This document shows, in pieces, positions 46,605 through 60,845 of a stretch of 64,000 nt of DNA. The notes under the pieces were generated by a model. The model was not told the origin of the DNA and made no database searches. It worked only from the letters and a program-made list of their open reading frames with translations. The stretch comes from Veleropilina oligotropha (Eukaryota), in the NCBI GenBank assembly GCA_048128005.1, contig JBEUKZ010000070.1, positions 248,001 to 312,000 on the forward strand, in the 5' to 3' direction. The position numbers and the translations under genes are program-made. Positions within the stretch are counted from its first letter, which is position 1. Every line of letters begins with the position of its first letter.

Positions 46605-47876
46605 TAGGGGCGTGCTCCAATGACGTGTTCCGAGTACGTGCGCCAAGAGTGTGCTGAGAACAGTCACCAATGGAGTAAAAAAACTCACGAGTAGAACAGA
46701 AATATGGCGGAGGTCGTCTTTTTCACGCTTTTTCAGCAGAGGATAATTTATTTCATAGCAACGCTAAACAGGAAATTAAAGGCTCGGATTTCATTTAATT
46801 AAAAGCAAATTGGCTTTTAACGTTTACATGCCAATGCCTCTTTCGAAAATTGTAAATAAAGACAGAAAGTGCAAGGCAAATCAGTAAATACTCGCACAAT
46901 TAATCCTGAAACAAACGAGTCCGGGTTGACGTGCCATAATTACATATATTGTGTGCGAAGCAATCATCTCCAACGCAATTGAAGTGGGTCACAATTTAAT
47001 AAATTGAACATCATAGTCGGCTGGCCTATATATACGAAGTTTGTAAACACATCATTTGCATTACAGTAGTAGATGCACTGGCCTCTCACTCGAGAGGTTT
47101 GGGGTTCAACCCCGATCCCGGCGACTTCCCTTGGGCAAGGAATTAAGCATATATTGCCTCGGTTCATCCAGCCGATCCGATATATAAATGGGTACCTGGT
47201 TGGCAGTGGCAGAATGACTGGTCAAGCGCCTAACAAGCATGCAATTGCCCGTAATACTCTCAGAGAGAGTTCAGAAGGAATATTGAATGAACAGGCCAAT
47301 AACCAGGGAATAATAATGTAAGCGCTTTGAGCACGCATCTCGTATGTGTGGGAAAGCGCAGATAAATCTTCACATTATTATTAACCGTAAAGACATGTAT
47401 TCGGAATCTACATTGTTGTACAACACGATCATTTCAGCAGAACTGACCGCATCGTTGTCTGCAACGTTGGTAGGCCTAGTGTTCTCTTCTGTATCTGACC
47501 GCATCGTTGTCTGCAACGTTGGTAGGCCTAGTGTTCTCTTCTGAATCTGTCCGCACTGACCGCATCGTTGTCTGCAACGTTGGTAGGCCTAGTGTTCTCT
47601 TCTGTATCTGTCCGCCTTGAATTACTTTTACTTCCGAACAGGTCAAGTCATTTAAGATGCTCTTCTTCCTTTCCTCGAAGTGGTAGATCAAGTATTTCCA
47701 ATCTTGTATCCGTCGCATTAAAACATCGATTTTCCTGCCGTCAGACGCCATCTTGAATTCTGCCTGCACTACCTCCTAAACTCGCACAGTCATGAAGAGA
47801 GAACACTGTTCTCATACACTTCATTGTATCAGCACATGTTCCGAGTAACTCGCACACCCAATGGAGTACGCCCCTA
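46605..47876. mobile_element. Non-autonomous TIR element inserted in the Gypsy pol
   Basis: TAGGGGCGT(G/A)CTCCA inverted ends; removing it plus one TA restores ...RTPIGFENEEE. Confidence 0.75.
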
Positions 47877-48245
47877 TATAGGATTTGAGAACGAAGAAGA
47901 GTCTCATCTCAATGATCTACTGAAGATCGAAGTGATCCGACCCTCGTCTTCGGAGTGGGCGTCGCCCCCTGTTCTCATCAGGAAGGACGGTAAGGTCCGA
48001 TATTGTATAGACTTCCGTAGTTGAATGATGTCACCATCAAAGATGCTTTCCCTCTCCCGAATATCGAAAAATGTCTAGACGTCTTAGAAGGCACACATTT
48101 CTTCAGCATTCTTGATATGTCAAGTGAGTACCGGTACTATAAAATCGAAATTGCAGAATAAGATAAGACCAAGACTGCCTTTTTGACGAGATACCGATTA
48201 TATGAATACAACCATATATGCCCTTTGGTTTAGCCTGTGTCCTCG

Positions 48246-51200
48246 CTACTTTGCACGGCTTGAGATATCATATGTTCTTCGTTTTGCCTGGAAATTAGGA
48301 CAAACCAGCAAAAAATGATACTCGTCCTCTATGACATTCATTGTACACATTTTACATATCCTGTCTTGTCTGGGAATGTTGTTGTATCTACACACTTCGA
48401 CTTCCAACTTGTGGGCACTACAGCGATACCGTGTTAACTCTATCCTGAACTTATCAATGGAAACATGGTCCAAATAGGGCTCGAAAAGTGATGTTGTCTT
48501 AAATAACTTATTTAACCTGCTTGTTACTATCAAAAAGGCTTCCATGCCAATTCTGGGTATACTGGTCTTTAAGTCGTTGCATAATTCGATTAACCAGTAC
48601 ATCAATGACTCTTTCCATTTGGTTAATCCAGTAATCCCCAAGACCAATTTCACATAGTAGTTTTCGGATACATGAGGCCCAGTTGTTTTTGTTTGACCAT
48701 AACCCTTACTTAACTGCTGTTTTTGGGTCATAAAATTTTTTTAAAATGTAGACGTATCATCCGATATAATTTTTGAGTAGTATTTAACAATTCTCTCCTT
48801 TTGCTTAACACGGGGTGCGCATTTGCCTTTCACAGACAAAATACTCATAGAATTTCAAATAAACTTTTCTATAATATCAGTATTTTCGAAACCCCATATT
48901 TCGGCTGCGTACAATCATATCGGTTCAATCATAATTTCAAACAATTTTAATTTAATACTTACCCTTAACGGAATATTATGAAATATACTATTTAATGAGA
49001 GGATGACCCGTGAAGCATGTTCTGATATATCTTTTTGTGCCAAACGGAATTTACCGTTTCTGTATAGCGTTACTACGAGGTAATTAAAAGAATCTTCCAT
49101 CGTTAAAATTTCATTATTATAATGCCAAATATTGTTTATAATTGACTTCCGTTGACTAAAAACGACAATTTTAGTTTTTTGCAAATTTACTTCAATGTCC
49201 CATTTAGTGCAGTATTGAAATAAATCGTTTCAGAGTGACTGCAATCAGGACAGTGTCGTCGGCAAAGAGGACTGAAAATACATTAAAATTTAGCAAGTCG
49301 TCTTCACAGGCTTTCCTATCTTGCAAGGTCATACTTAAATCATTTATGTATATCAGAAACAGAACCGGTGATAATGGCTCACCTTGTTTAACACCAACAG
49401 TACTGTTATAAAAATAACTATACCTACTATTATATTTTCTATGAAATTCTACTGATGAGTACATAGATTGTAATATTTTAACTAACTTGGTAGAAACACC
49501 AATATGCAACAATTTATACCATAAGCCATTCCTATATACAGAATCAAAAGCCTTTCTGAAATCAACAAAAACACATTACAATTTTTTGTTTTCATTAAGC
49601 CTATTAATTATGGCAGATTGTAAATTAAACAGACAGTCAATGGTGCTTCTGGAAGATCGAAAGCCATATTGAGAATCATTAAATATCTCGGATGCTTCTG
49701 CCCATTTGTAAAATCTTTTATTTAAAACACTTGAAAACAATTTAATAAAGATACTAGTAATCGCGATTCCACTGTAATTATCAGGACTCTTTCTATCTCC
49801 CGTTTTAGGTACTGGAACAATTATTTCCTTTGTCCATGATTTGGGATATAGTCCCTTGGCAAACATGACGTTGAATAATCTTACTAATAGTGGGGATATT
49901 TTATTCTTTGCATCAATACAAACCTCACTGATTAAGTTATCGAGTCCTGCGCTTTTGCTACGTTTAAGATTATTAATGGCTAATAAGACTTCTTCTACAG
50001 ATATAGGCGCATCTAGTTGCTCTAAGTTTAAAACATTCGTATTATCATTATTAACGTTACCTATAAACGATTCTATTTCCTCATCTCCGAGTTTTTCATC
50101 GTTTGAGAAAACTTCCTTAAAATGTGAAAGGAAATCTGTTGCACTCAAGCAACTTGGTCCACGTGTTGCACGCTTTTTTACCTTATTCCAAAAATATTGC
50201 ATTTAGCATTTCATCCTTTTATATAATTTTCGTTTTTTGACCAGCATGCTACGACGTACGTGATTCATCTGATTCTGTTTTCTCATGATAATGTAGTGTC
50301 TTCGTATACTCCAATTTTGCATTTCTACAGCTGTCATCAAACCAATCACTCTTCGGTAGGGAATTCCTATTTTGGTTAATACTAGATGATTTGCCAAATT
50401 CATCGAATGCTGAATTATACAGAATTTCAGATATATTGACTAATGCTCTATCCATATTATCATTATTATCGCCAATATCAGTTATAATATCATTCATTTC
50501 ATTCAGTCTAGACTCAATTGCATCATTATACATGCTAATTTTATGCTCTTCTCGCGTCCATTTCAGACATTTATTACCTTCGCCCACGTAGTGGTGGGAG
50601 AAGGTATTGCAATCGGGTCGGTTTGTCTGTGTGTCTGTCTGTCCGCGAGCATATCCGGACAACCGTTACTCTGATTAACTCAGTATTTTCACACGAGATA
50701 GGGTCCACCGTACGCTCGGTCCTCATCAAAGATGGTCGGAATCGGAAAGCGGACCCGGATTTTATGACGCAATTTCGTAATTTCCGGTTCGCGAATTGTC
50801 TGTCCGCGACCATATCTCAACAACTATTGATCCTATTTACTCAATTTTTGACACGAGATAGAATCCATCCTAGGGTCGGTCCTCCTCGAAGATGGTTCGG
50901 ATTGCGATCTGGGTCCGGATTTTATGACGCAATGTCCGGTTTACGGATTTTCGGCTGTAGCGTTAAAACACTTCGTCGGACAAATTTCAAATAAAGCTTA
51001 AAATGTTCTTAAGACCTGGGGCCAATGATAACATGACATATATAGAATCTACATCACACAAGATGGCCGCCAGGGAAATTTAAAATTTAATCATAGGGGT
51101 CAATTTCTAATTTCGGCAAATCTAATTATATTGTGTAAATTCGTTATGAAAAACGTAGTCCTGATGAAATTATCTTGATATCAGAAAAAATAATGAGAAA

Positions 51201-52560
51201 TGTGAATTTTATAATCATTTTAGAAATCAGCCAAAGTAAAATGCAGCGCAGGGCCGTAAATTGGTTGCCATTGACACCAGACACCTCAAAATTTCAACAA
51301 GGGACAGAGTGGGACATTATCTACAACTCTTATCGATATACTTTGTGTGTTAGAGCGAATTTGTAGCCATAATTTTTGTTCTGAAGATAAAATAGACGAG
51401 ACGTCGCGCTATTTGTGGTAGCTCTTTAAATGCTGCCAACGCCGTGATATAATTTACACCATTTAGCAAGGTTACCGTAGTGTACCTTTCCCGAAAATTT
51501 CAGGAATATCGCTTTAGTTATTGCGGGTTACGTATTGTCAGTTTCGTTATATTATGAAGTTCACTCGTTTGCAACATATTCATTGTAAGTTGATAGTTCA
51601 GCATAGGAATTCACATTAATATTTCTGGGTCAGATATGGTCATATTTCATTTGGGCTAGTTGTTGGAACTGTGTGTAGGGATGAGTGATTAGTTCTGGGC
51701 CTCCTGGTTGTGTTGTGACAGACGGTGTTGACACAACTGGAGGTACACTGTGTAGTTCACTAAGGATGCGTGCTAGGAGAGATAGAGACAGATAGTGCAG
51801 ATTAAAGTAATAGACAACCCACATGCATTAACTTTTGTTTTAAAATTGTTATGATAATCAGAAATTAGTTCAACTTTTATATTTAGTAATTCATACACTA
51901 TACCCCCCCCCCCCCCCCTACTTTTGCTATGTAAAGAGAGTCGTTCTGGTGACCTGTTCTCGACTGGCGACTCTGAAGTCACAGTTACCAATTGCAGTTG
52001 CAGTTGCTATATATAGTGAGTCTACTCTAGTGAAAGGGAATCAAATGGAAATTTAAAGCGTTTAGTCTCCATGAATTATCAAGCTTTTCTTTCTAAACAT
52101 GGTTGCTTGAATTGACGCTTCTAACTGATATCAGCTACATGTCATCACTGCAGACATTTGCATGGTTTATTCGAACCGAAGGTAATTAGGCTCACTATGT
52201 TCTTTATCTATTATTCGCAGAGATTGCTAGCTTTCACCATTCCTTGCCACCGAGGCGAAGGTTTGCGATCTGTGTTTGCCTTGTTTTTAATATCAGATGT
52301 TTCTAGTGTAGCTACAGTAAAAGACAAGGAAAATACTACATGTGCGTGATCAGAATACACAGTAAAATCCTTAATTGTAAAATAACATACATATTCCAGT
52401 AGACTAGACGAAGTAATGACGTAATCGATTACACTCGAGCCTCTTTTATTACAACATGTAAATTTACCTATGTCCGCATCATCGTGAAATATACCGTTTA
52501 GTATATACAAATAAGATGATTTACACAATTCTATTAGCTTATTTCCAAATTGGTTTGTTT
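48246..52560 (-). mobile_element. Degenerate non-LTR retrotransposon (CR1/L2-like) nested in the Gypsy element, itself interrupted at ~50570-52150
   Basis: SSVIDY..SDH (APE), QYGFR..RST, GVKQGEPLSP, LFADD (RT), CKMC...EDEYHFLLVCP (C-terminal CCHC). Confidence 0.85.
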
Positions 52561-55395
52561 TAACATCGTATACAAACCATTCTTAATTGACCCAAGCGTA
52601 GGTCCAAGAAAGATATTCAGAGGTTCCTTGGTTTTGTTAATTACCAACGGTCCCATTTTTCCATCGTTTGCTGAAATTGCCCTTCCCCTGTACGAGTTGA
52701 GTGCACGTGGAATTCGAATGGACGGACAAACAGGAGCTATCGTTCAGTGCCTTCAAGGAAGCTATGACCAATAGCCCTGTCCTCAGCTTTCCCAAGAACA
52801 ACGATGATCCTTTCATACTGGATACCGACGCATCTGATGTAGGGATAGGAGATGAACTGCTCCGAGTTCAAGATGGGATAGAGAAGACCATCAGTTACAT
52901 TATGACTCCGTCCAAGTCAAGTATTGTACCACTCGAAAGGAGATGGTAGCTATTGTGTGGTTCACCCGCCACTATTTATTGGGTCGCAAGTTCTTTGTGC
53001 GCACTGACCATCACAGTTTAGCTTGGTTGATGAGTTTTAAGCTGACATCCGGCATCCTGGCTAGATGGTTTGATCATCAGTCATCGGAAGGGACGGGTTC
53101 ATGGTGACGCTGATGCCTTGTCCCGTTTACCGGAGATCTGTACGGGACGTTGTCATTGTTATGCGGCAGGTAGGGAGCTTGACGATTTACCTTGTGGGGG
53201 GGGGGGGGTGTCATAATCAGTGTTTAAGGTTTGAGTAAGAGGTTGATTATGTAATCCCATTAGCAGTTTGTAATGAGGAAGTCACATCATTTAATTGAAA
53301 GACATAGTTCAGAGGATAGAACTAGTTACCGATGGGCCTTTATTTGCTAAATATACGCCCGAAGAATTGCAGCAGGCCCAGTTCAATGACAGTGACCCCA
53401 AAGTCTTGTTGGCTTGGCTTGGTAAACCCCTTCCCGAAGTGAATTGCAATTAAGTAGTCCAGTCGTTAAAGGTTTGTTGATGAATGCTTCTTTAGTGCAG
53501 ATAAAGGATCGGCTTCTGTACTACCAGTGTGAAGGTTTGATCCCAAATAAAAGTTGCTGTTGTTTCTGGTCCCTGCTTATATGCAGAATGAGGTTTTGCG
53601 ATTGTGTCACGATCCGAAGATGGTGGGACATCCAGAACAGAACGAATGCTGGCTAAGCTCCGAGAGACTGTATTGGACAAGTATGACTGAAGATGTTTCC
53701 CTGTTTGTGCAGTCCGGTTCGGTTTGCAACCAAAGTAAGAAGTCAACCAGAAAGACCAAAGCACCATTAACTACATTCCACGCTGGTGCTCCGGTGGAGA
53801 GAGTGTATATGGATATTCTAGGTCCCTTCTCGCCTTCCCGGGCCGGAAACCGCTGTTTTAATGGTGGTTTGTCAGTTTACTAAGTGGGTAGAAGCTTTTC
53901 CGTTGCCCAGTCAAACTGCTGAGGATGTTTCCAGAGTTTTGGTGGATTCCTTTATATCCCGGTTTGGTTGTCCTCTTACTATTCATACCGATCAAGGTAG
54001 AATTTTACAGGTTCTTTGTTCGAATCCGTTTGTGAGCTTTTAGGGATTGCGAAGACAAGGACTACGCCGTATCGCTCGTGTTCCAATGGCCAGGTTGAGC
54101 GATATAACCGTACTCTTCTGCAGATCATTCGCTGTTATCTACAAGGCGCAGTGGACACCTGGGATGAAAAATTGCCATTAAACACTGGCGCAAACAGGTG
54201 TCTTCCGAATAGACAGACCGGAGTGACACCCAACATGATGATGATGAGTCGTGAGGTCAGAAGTCCGGTTTCTCTGGTTTATGGTTTGGAAGATCGGGGC
54301 GCTTCAAAATGAAAATGGACCTGCGTATGTATTTTCCTTGAAGAATTATCTCAACAAAATCCACTCCTTGGTTAGGGACAATTTGAAGGTTTCCTTGGAG
54401 AAGCAAAAGAAGTACTATGATCTCATTGTTCGACGTGGTGTTTTTGAGGTTGGAGATCTACTTTATAAAATGAGACAGTCGAGAAAGTTGAAACCAATAT
54501 GGATAGGTCCATTTCTTGTGGCTATGGTCATTTATCCAGTCTTTTATAGAATAGGAAACAGGAAGGGTACAACTGTTCTTCATCACGACATGTTGAAGAA
54601 GTGTCATGATAGAGATGTTCATTTGTGGTTACAGCGCATGCGTAGTGGTCTCTGTGACGGTTCCGTTCATGTAGCACACGAGATCGATCCGGACGGTGTG
54701 TTTGATCTATCCGTTTCATTTAAGAGTACCGACTCTCAAGACAAGGAGTTCCAGTCCGCTGACGCCCATGCGCCGGGTCAACCCGTTCTGTTGGAGGATC
54801 AACAAAAAGCCAAAAGACTTGAAATTTGCGATGGTTCTGCAAAATAATTATAAAGAGGAGTCACATTTCCTGAGGTAGATGCACATGACTGATGAATGAT
54901 TCCACGCTCATTTATCCATTGTAGCATGCAAAAATTGCAGATACAGAGAAATTGACAGCCATGATAACGAGGGAACCTAAAAAATCCCAAGATGTGTTGA
55001 AGTTACTATGTGGGTAGCCATCTAGTGGTTCAGCATCATATGGTTGCGTGATGCATTGTCATTGGACAACAAGAAGGATGTGTGAAACATGTTGTGTAAA
55101 ACACAACTAGAGAGGAGCGTAAATTATTTCAGGACAATCCGCTTTGATATAAAATGATTTCATGACATAATTTCCATCTGTCTATTTCGTAAAATGACTG
55201 CAAAATAATTTTGCGTCAATCAATTTTTAAGTTCAAACAGGGGACATCCTGTAGATGGGACTGGTATGAAATATGTGGATTCTGATTCCGGGGTATTACG
55301 CAGACACAGGGAGGTCGTTTGGTCAGACGACCAGATAGATTTCATGATTATATTTAAACTGTATAAATTTGCTTAACTTTGTGTATATACTATTA

Positions 55396-56767
55396 CTGCA
55401 TGCGAGTGATTGATGGATCACGTGCTCACTGTGTTCCATGTCGTCTGCATGCGAGTGATTGATGGATCACGTGCTCACTGTGTTCCATGTCGTCTGCATG
55501 CGAGTGATTGATGGATCCCATGCTCACTGTGTTCCATGTCGTCTGCATGCGAGTGATTGATGGATCCCATGCTCACCGTGTTCCATGTCGTCTGCATGCG
55601 AGTGATTGATGGATCACGTGCTCACTGTGTTCCATGTCGTCTGCATGCGAGTGATTGATGGATCCCATGCTCACTGTGTTCCATGTCGTCTGCATGCGAG
55701 TGATTGATGGATCACGTGCTCACTGTGTTCCATGTCGTCTGCATGCGAGTGATTGATGGATCCCATGCTCACTGTGTTCCATGTCGTCTGCATGCGAGTG
55801 ATTGATGGATCCCATGCTCACCGTGTTCCATGTCGTCTGCATGCGAGTGATTGATGGATCACGTGCTCACTGTGTTCCATGTCGTCTGCATGCGAGTGAT
55901 TGATGGATCACATGCTCACCGTGTTCCATGTCGTCTGCATGCGAGTGATTGATGGATCCCATGCTTACTGTGTTCCATGTCGTCTGCATGCGAGTGATTG
56001 ATGGATCCCATGCTCACTGTGTTCCATGTCGTCTGCATGCGAGTGATTGATGGATCCCATGCTCACCGTGTTCCATGTCGTCTGCATGCGAGTGATTGAT
56101 GGATCACGTGCTCACTGTGTTCCATGTCGTCTGCATGCGAGTGATTGATGGATCCCATGCTCACTGTGTTCCATGTCGTCTGCATGCGAGTGATTGATGG
56201 ATCACGTGCTCACCGTGTTCCATGTCGTCTGCATGGGAGTGATTGATGGATCCCATGCTCACTGTGGTCCATGTCGTCTGCATGCGAGTGATTGATGGAT
56301 CCCATGCTCACCGTGTTCCATGTCGTCTGCATGCGAGTGATTGATGGATCACGTGCTCACTGTGTTCCATGTCGTCTGCATGCGAGTGATTGATGGATCA
56401 CATGCTCACTGTGTTCCATGTCGTCTGCATGCGAGTGATTGATGGATCACATGCTCACCGTGTTCCATGTCGTCTGCATGCGAGTGATTGATGGATCACA
56501 TGCTCACTGTGTTCCATGTCGTCTGCATGCGAGTGATTGATGGATCACGTGCTCACTGTGTTCCATGTCGTCTGCATGCGAGTGATTGATGGATCCCATG
56601 CTCACTGTGTTCCATGTCGTCTGCATGCGAGTGATTGATGGATCACATGCTCACCGTGTTCCATGTCGTCTGCATGCGAGTGATTGATGGATCCCATGCT
56701 TACTGTGTTCCATGTCGTCTGCATGCGAGTGATTGATGGATCACATGCTCACTGTGTTCCATGTCGT
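55396..56767. repeat. 49-bp minisatellite, ~28 copies
   Basis: ctgcatgcgagtgattgatggatc(a/c)c(g/a)tgctcac(t/c)gtgttccatgtcgt. Confidence 0.95.
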
Positions 56768-58914
56768 TGATTAATATATTATTCCTGTTATAATATTTGT
56801 TGCATGAATTGATTCTCATGTTTTTGAATTGCATGCTCAATGTGTTATACGTTTCGTAAATAGAATGATATTTCCAACATTAAACTAGTCTTAAATTACA
56901 ATTGAGCAAAATTCACCAAGCCGGTGGTAAAGACTGTATCGATTAACGCAAGATCAGTAGCAACAGCACTTACACGCGAACGGCCCAACATAAAATATTT
57001 GTTGATTGCTGAAAGTCCAGAATGTCGTGAAATTATGCAAACCACAGCCAGAGTCTAGAGTTCTCCCAGACCAGTGCAAACAGCTTCTCCCTCCATACAT
57101 GATTTGCGCCGACGTATAGGCCAGCACCATGACGTTTGACGGACCATAACAGGTCTTACTCCATCGCGATGGAGTTTGAAGCCGACCAACAAGCCCAGGT
57201 TGTCTGTCCAGAGATGAATTACAAATTCATGGAATTATAATGATTTAATCTGCACAAATAATCTTTGATGATGTTTTACATATCGCATGAACAATATCAG
57301 GCATTAGCGTGAATGCACTGATGATGTGCTGATTACGATACCCCTTCACCGACAATGGTAGAAATTTGAATGGCTTCCAAACAAACAATGCTATAGTACG
57401 TATAGTAACATGAGCAGATACTACGCTGAGTACCAAGCTCAACGCTCACATCCGAACCCTGGAGGCAACCAATCTCTAAAAGTGAATGTGGATCGGCCGT
57501 AGTTTAATATCAAGTACCCAATGTCCGCGGCATGGAACATTATATGTTGCAGTACTTTAAGCTAAAACTATTAACTTTATCCCATGGATGGAGCCATATC
57601 AGTGGATGAACACGGAGATACACAAGAAATCCTTCACTGATCACAGAATACATGGGCCTTCATCTCATTATGCATTCAACCCAAAATGGATACAATGCAG
57701 AGACATGTAAGATAAAGCATGCGAAGAGGTGCGTCGTGATTTTGTGATTACTTCACTATCAGTACAAGTGTACTACTCTCTTTGATAGAAAGACGTAGGT
57801 TGAAGCGAGTGCAATAATATTTCGTCATGTATGTCAGAGATTACACAAATAAGGCATTTGGGTACAATAGTTCTGCGCACTGCAACTCATTGCTTGTAAC
57901 ACAGCGGCAAGCGTGGCATCTGCAAATGTTACCGGATACCGCCTCTCACAGGGCCATTTGGAAAACAAGAAGGATCAGGCTTCCATGATCGTTAAGCATC
58001 AATTCATCATCATCACCTGTCATGGTGACATTCTCTTTCACAACGCCTAAATTCAACATTGCGCCCGACTAGCATCAGGAACAAAGAACTCTCGTCCGAA
58101 CGGCTTTGGAGCTGCCATCCACTCCAAATGCAAATACTATCGCGAGCTTAGGCTATGTCAGCAGATTTAAAGATTATTATTATTTTTCCCGCTCTTAAAA
58201 ACTGCAATTACGGAAAAACTGCGCAAGGCAATTACGGCAAATTTTCAAGTGTGGTAATGGATTGAGGAGGTAAATCGTTGATGTCTAATTGAATATAATT
58301 GGTCAAATATTTTGGTGACTGACCCTAATGCTCATGGAACATATTCCTAACCCTAAACTGCGTATATTCCAAGGGCATTAGGGTCAGTATAGTAAGCAGG
58401 GTTCGTTACCATTATAATATTTTTCACGTGAGTCTTGCATGAAATGCTTGCCGATAATATATTCAAATCTCATCAAAGACCCACTAATCGGACAGTGGTG
58501 GAATCTTGGAAACCAAATCAATGTACTCTTGTGGTGTCATAATGTTTATTTTCGTGGCAGTACAGCGCCCAAGATGGCCACCAGAAGAGCTTAAATTAAT
58601 AATGAAATTAGGGGGTCGATTGAGATTTCGTAATGCAATATGCAGTTCTGATGAAATTATGATATCAGCAAAAAATACAAAAAAAATTAGAAATGTGAAA
58701 TTTGGAAGCATTTAAAAAAAAAATCAAATCAATATGTAACAAAGGGCCGTAAATCGGTAACCATTGACACCAGACACCTCAAATTTCAACAAGTGACAGA
58801 GTGGAACAATATCAACAACTCCATTTTGTGTGGTGAAGAGAATTTATAGAAATCATTTTTGCTACAAAGTTAAAATACTGGTGATAATGACGTTACATGA
58901 TACATGTAAAAGGT

Positions 58915-60845
58915 TCAGACCTCCTTCGTTTCTGGCAGACCGTGCGTACTGGCGCACAACACCGTTACAAACGGACGTCACACTTACGTCAACGCTTTTT
59001 GCACAGACAGTGCGCTACCGTTTGACAGAGCACCGTATTCAAGCCTGACGTCCGGACTGTGAACCAGTACTTACACCCAGAGGCGGCGGAACCGGGGGGG
59101 GGGGCCAGGGGGGGCCGGCCCCCCCCCCCAATACAAATATCTAGGGGCCCAAATATTTTGGAAGTATTAAATTAATAACGTATTACACGTTGGTTTGCGA
59201 ACCAGCACCGTATCCACTCGGCCACGCTGCCCCCATAATTGTAATGAGCGTTAGATAGAAGTGTTGGCAGTGTTGTCATTAACGTAACATAATCCTAATG
59301 CTGGCATTAAAGACAGGCAGTATAAGAGTTTCGCAGTTGATGCTTTGAAGATTGTGCGAATGGGTGCAGGGGCGTCGCGACAGTTAAGGGGGGTATTTAC
59401 CCCTCTAATATTTTTGAAGCAAGTACCCTCGCTTAAGCTGAATGCTAACGTCATCGCACTATCACAATCTTTGCCATGGTCGATTTCGCGAATAATTATC
59501 ACTTGCAAAGTTGGCCCTAGCTATTTCGTTCATAGTTTTGTAAGCGTAATCAATATAAAGACATTTCAATGCGAGATTTCCGGCATTAGCTAGACAATTG
59601 CTGCAGTTGAACAAGTTATTTCGTTATCTTATCAGCGATTCGCCATCATAATTCCTCCCTAGAACACTTGTAAACCATGCCCGTAATATAGTGTCGGTAA
59701 AAATAGTATTGAACAAACGAAGTACGTAGTAAATTTATATTCCAGAATGCAGCAAAATATGTGGGATAGTACTATTATTATCGAATATTTTAACATGTTT
59801 TTAATAATTTCTCCTCTCCAAACATGAAATTTTGAGGCAAAAAAAATGTCAATTTTTGTCCTATAATGCAGGAGAACGCTTTTCAGAGCTTCTAAATTAA
59901 AAAAATCTTGGGGGTGCATGCCCCCAAACCCCCCTAGATGTTCGCGGCCTACGGCCGCTCACGCTGCCTTGGTTAAAGATACCCCCCTAACATGGTGGTA
60001 AGGCAAAGAGTCTTGTTTAGGGCAGGGGCGGATCCACGGTACCGGCCACCTACGCCCGGGCGGTAGTCAGATTTTATAGCAAATGTATGAAAAATCCAAA
60101 ATTAAAATTTAATGATATTATTAAAATCGGAAGCTTCAGATTGCTTAAAAGGCATCCAAAAACACTAAAATTTTCTGGTGGGGCCCTAGTGCGGGCCCCA
60201 AACCCCACGCCGATTAGGAGTATGTTCATGCATTCAATCCATAGGGCAGTAGTCAAACATATTGTCTGGATCCGCCCCTGTAGGGCCCCCCAATGTGAAA
60301 ATCGTTCCGCCGCCTCTGACACCGTCACGCTAGACTGTTCTGGGCACGCCAACATCTACGTTGGAACCGAGTTCAGTGAATGGATGTGGATGTTTAGCGA
60401 CGAATCTCGGTTTTGCTTGAGTTTGGATATGGACGCCGAGGTAAATGTTTTCAGACGTCTGTGTACGTCAATGCGCAGAGATTGAATTTCGTTTTATCAT
60501 CGTACCATTGTACATGGTAATGTTACGGAACAGCGTTATGGTGACAAGATCCTGTGGCCTGTTGTTGTGACAATTATCATTGATAACCGTCGAGCGACGA
60601 CCTTCCAGCAAGACAACACCAGGTGCCACATAACACGTGTGTGCAGTGACTTCCTGCATCAGTAAACTATTTCGTTGCTTCCCGGGCCAGCATTGTACCC
60701 ATATTTGTCATCCACAGACGTTAAGTCAATTGCGGGACTTTTCAGTTCCGGAATGTGACGTCATACCACAACAAGATATTCACGAACTCACCCAGACGCT
60801 GCGTTGCTGTCATTGATGTTCATGGTGGCCACACTCGTTATTGAG
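58915..60845 (+). pseudogene. Second degenerate Tc1-like copy, interrupted by nested MITEs
   Basis: 58915-59077 and 60319-60845 match 45300-46070; FSDESRF motif. Confidence 0.75.
59078..60318. mobile_element. MITE (CAGAGGCGGCGGAAC TIR, 5-bp TSD ACACC) containing a second MITE at 60023-60280 (CAGGGGCGGATCCA TIR, TSD TAGGG)
   Basis: TIRs and flanking direct repeats read directly. Confidence 0.75.

Larger units (their letters stand above)
46400..55350 (+). mobile_element. Degenerate Gypsy/Ty3 LTR retrotransposon pol, split by a TA-flanked TIR element and a LINE
   Basis: PSSSEWASPPVLIRKDGKVRYCIDFR (RT), FILDTDASDVGIG (RNase H), MDILGP, HTDQG, NGQVERYNRTL (integrase); LTRs not identified. Confidence 0.85.

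Noticed and set aside
55396..56767. 49-bp array as CRISPR or LTR
   Set aside because: No unique spacers, eukaryotic context, and no matching second LTR found
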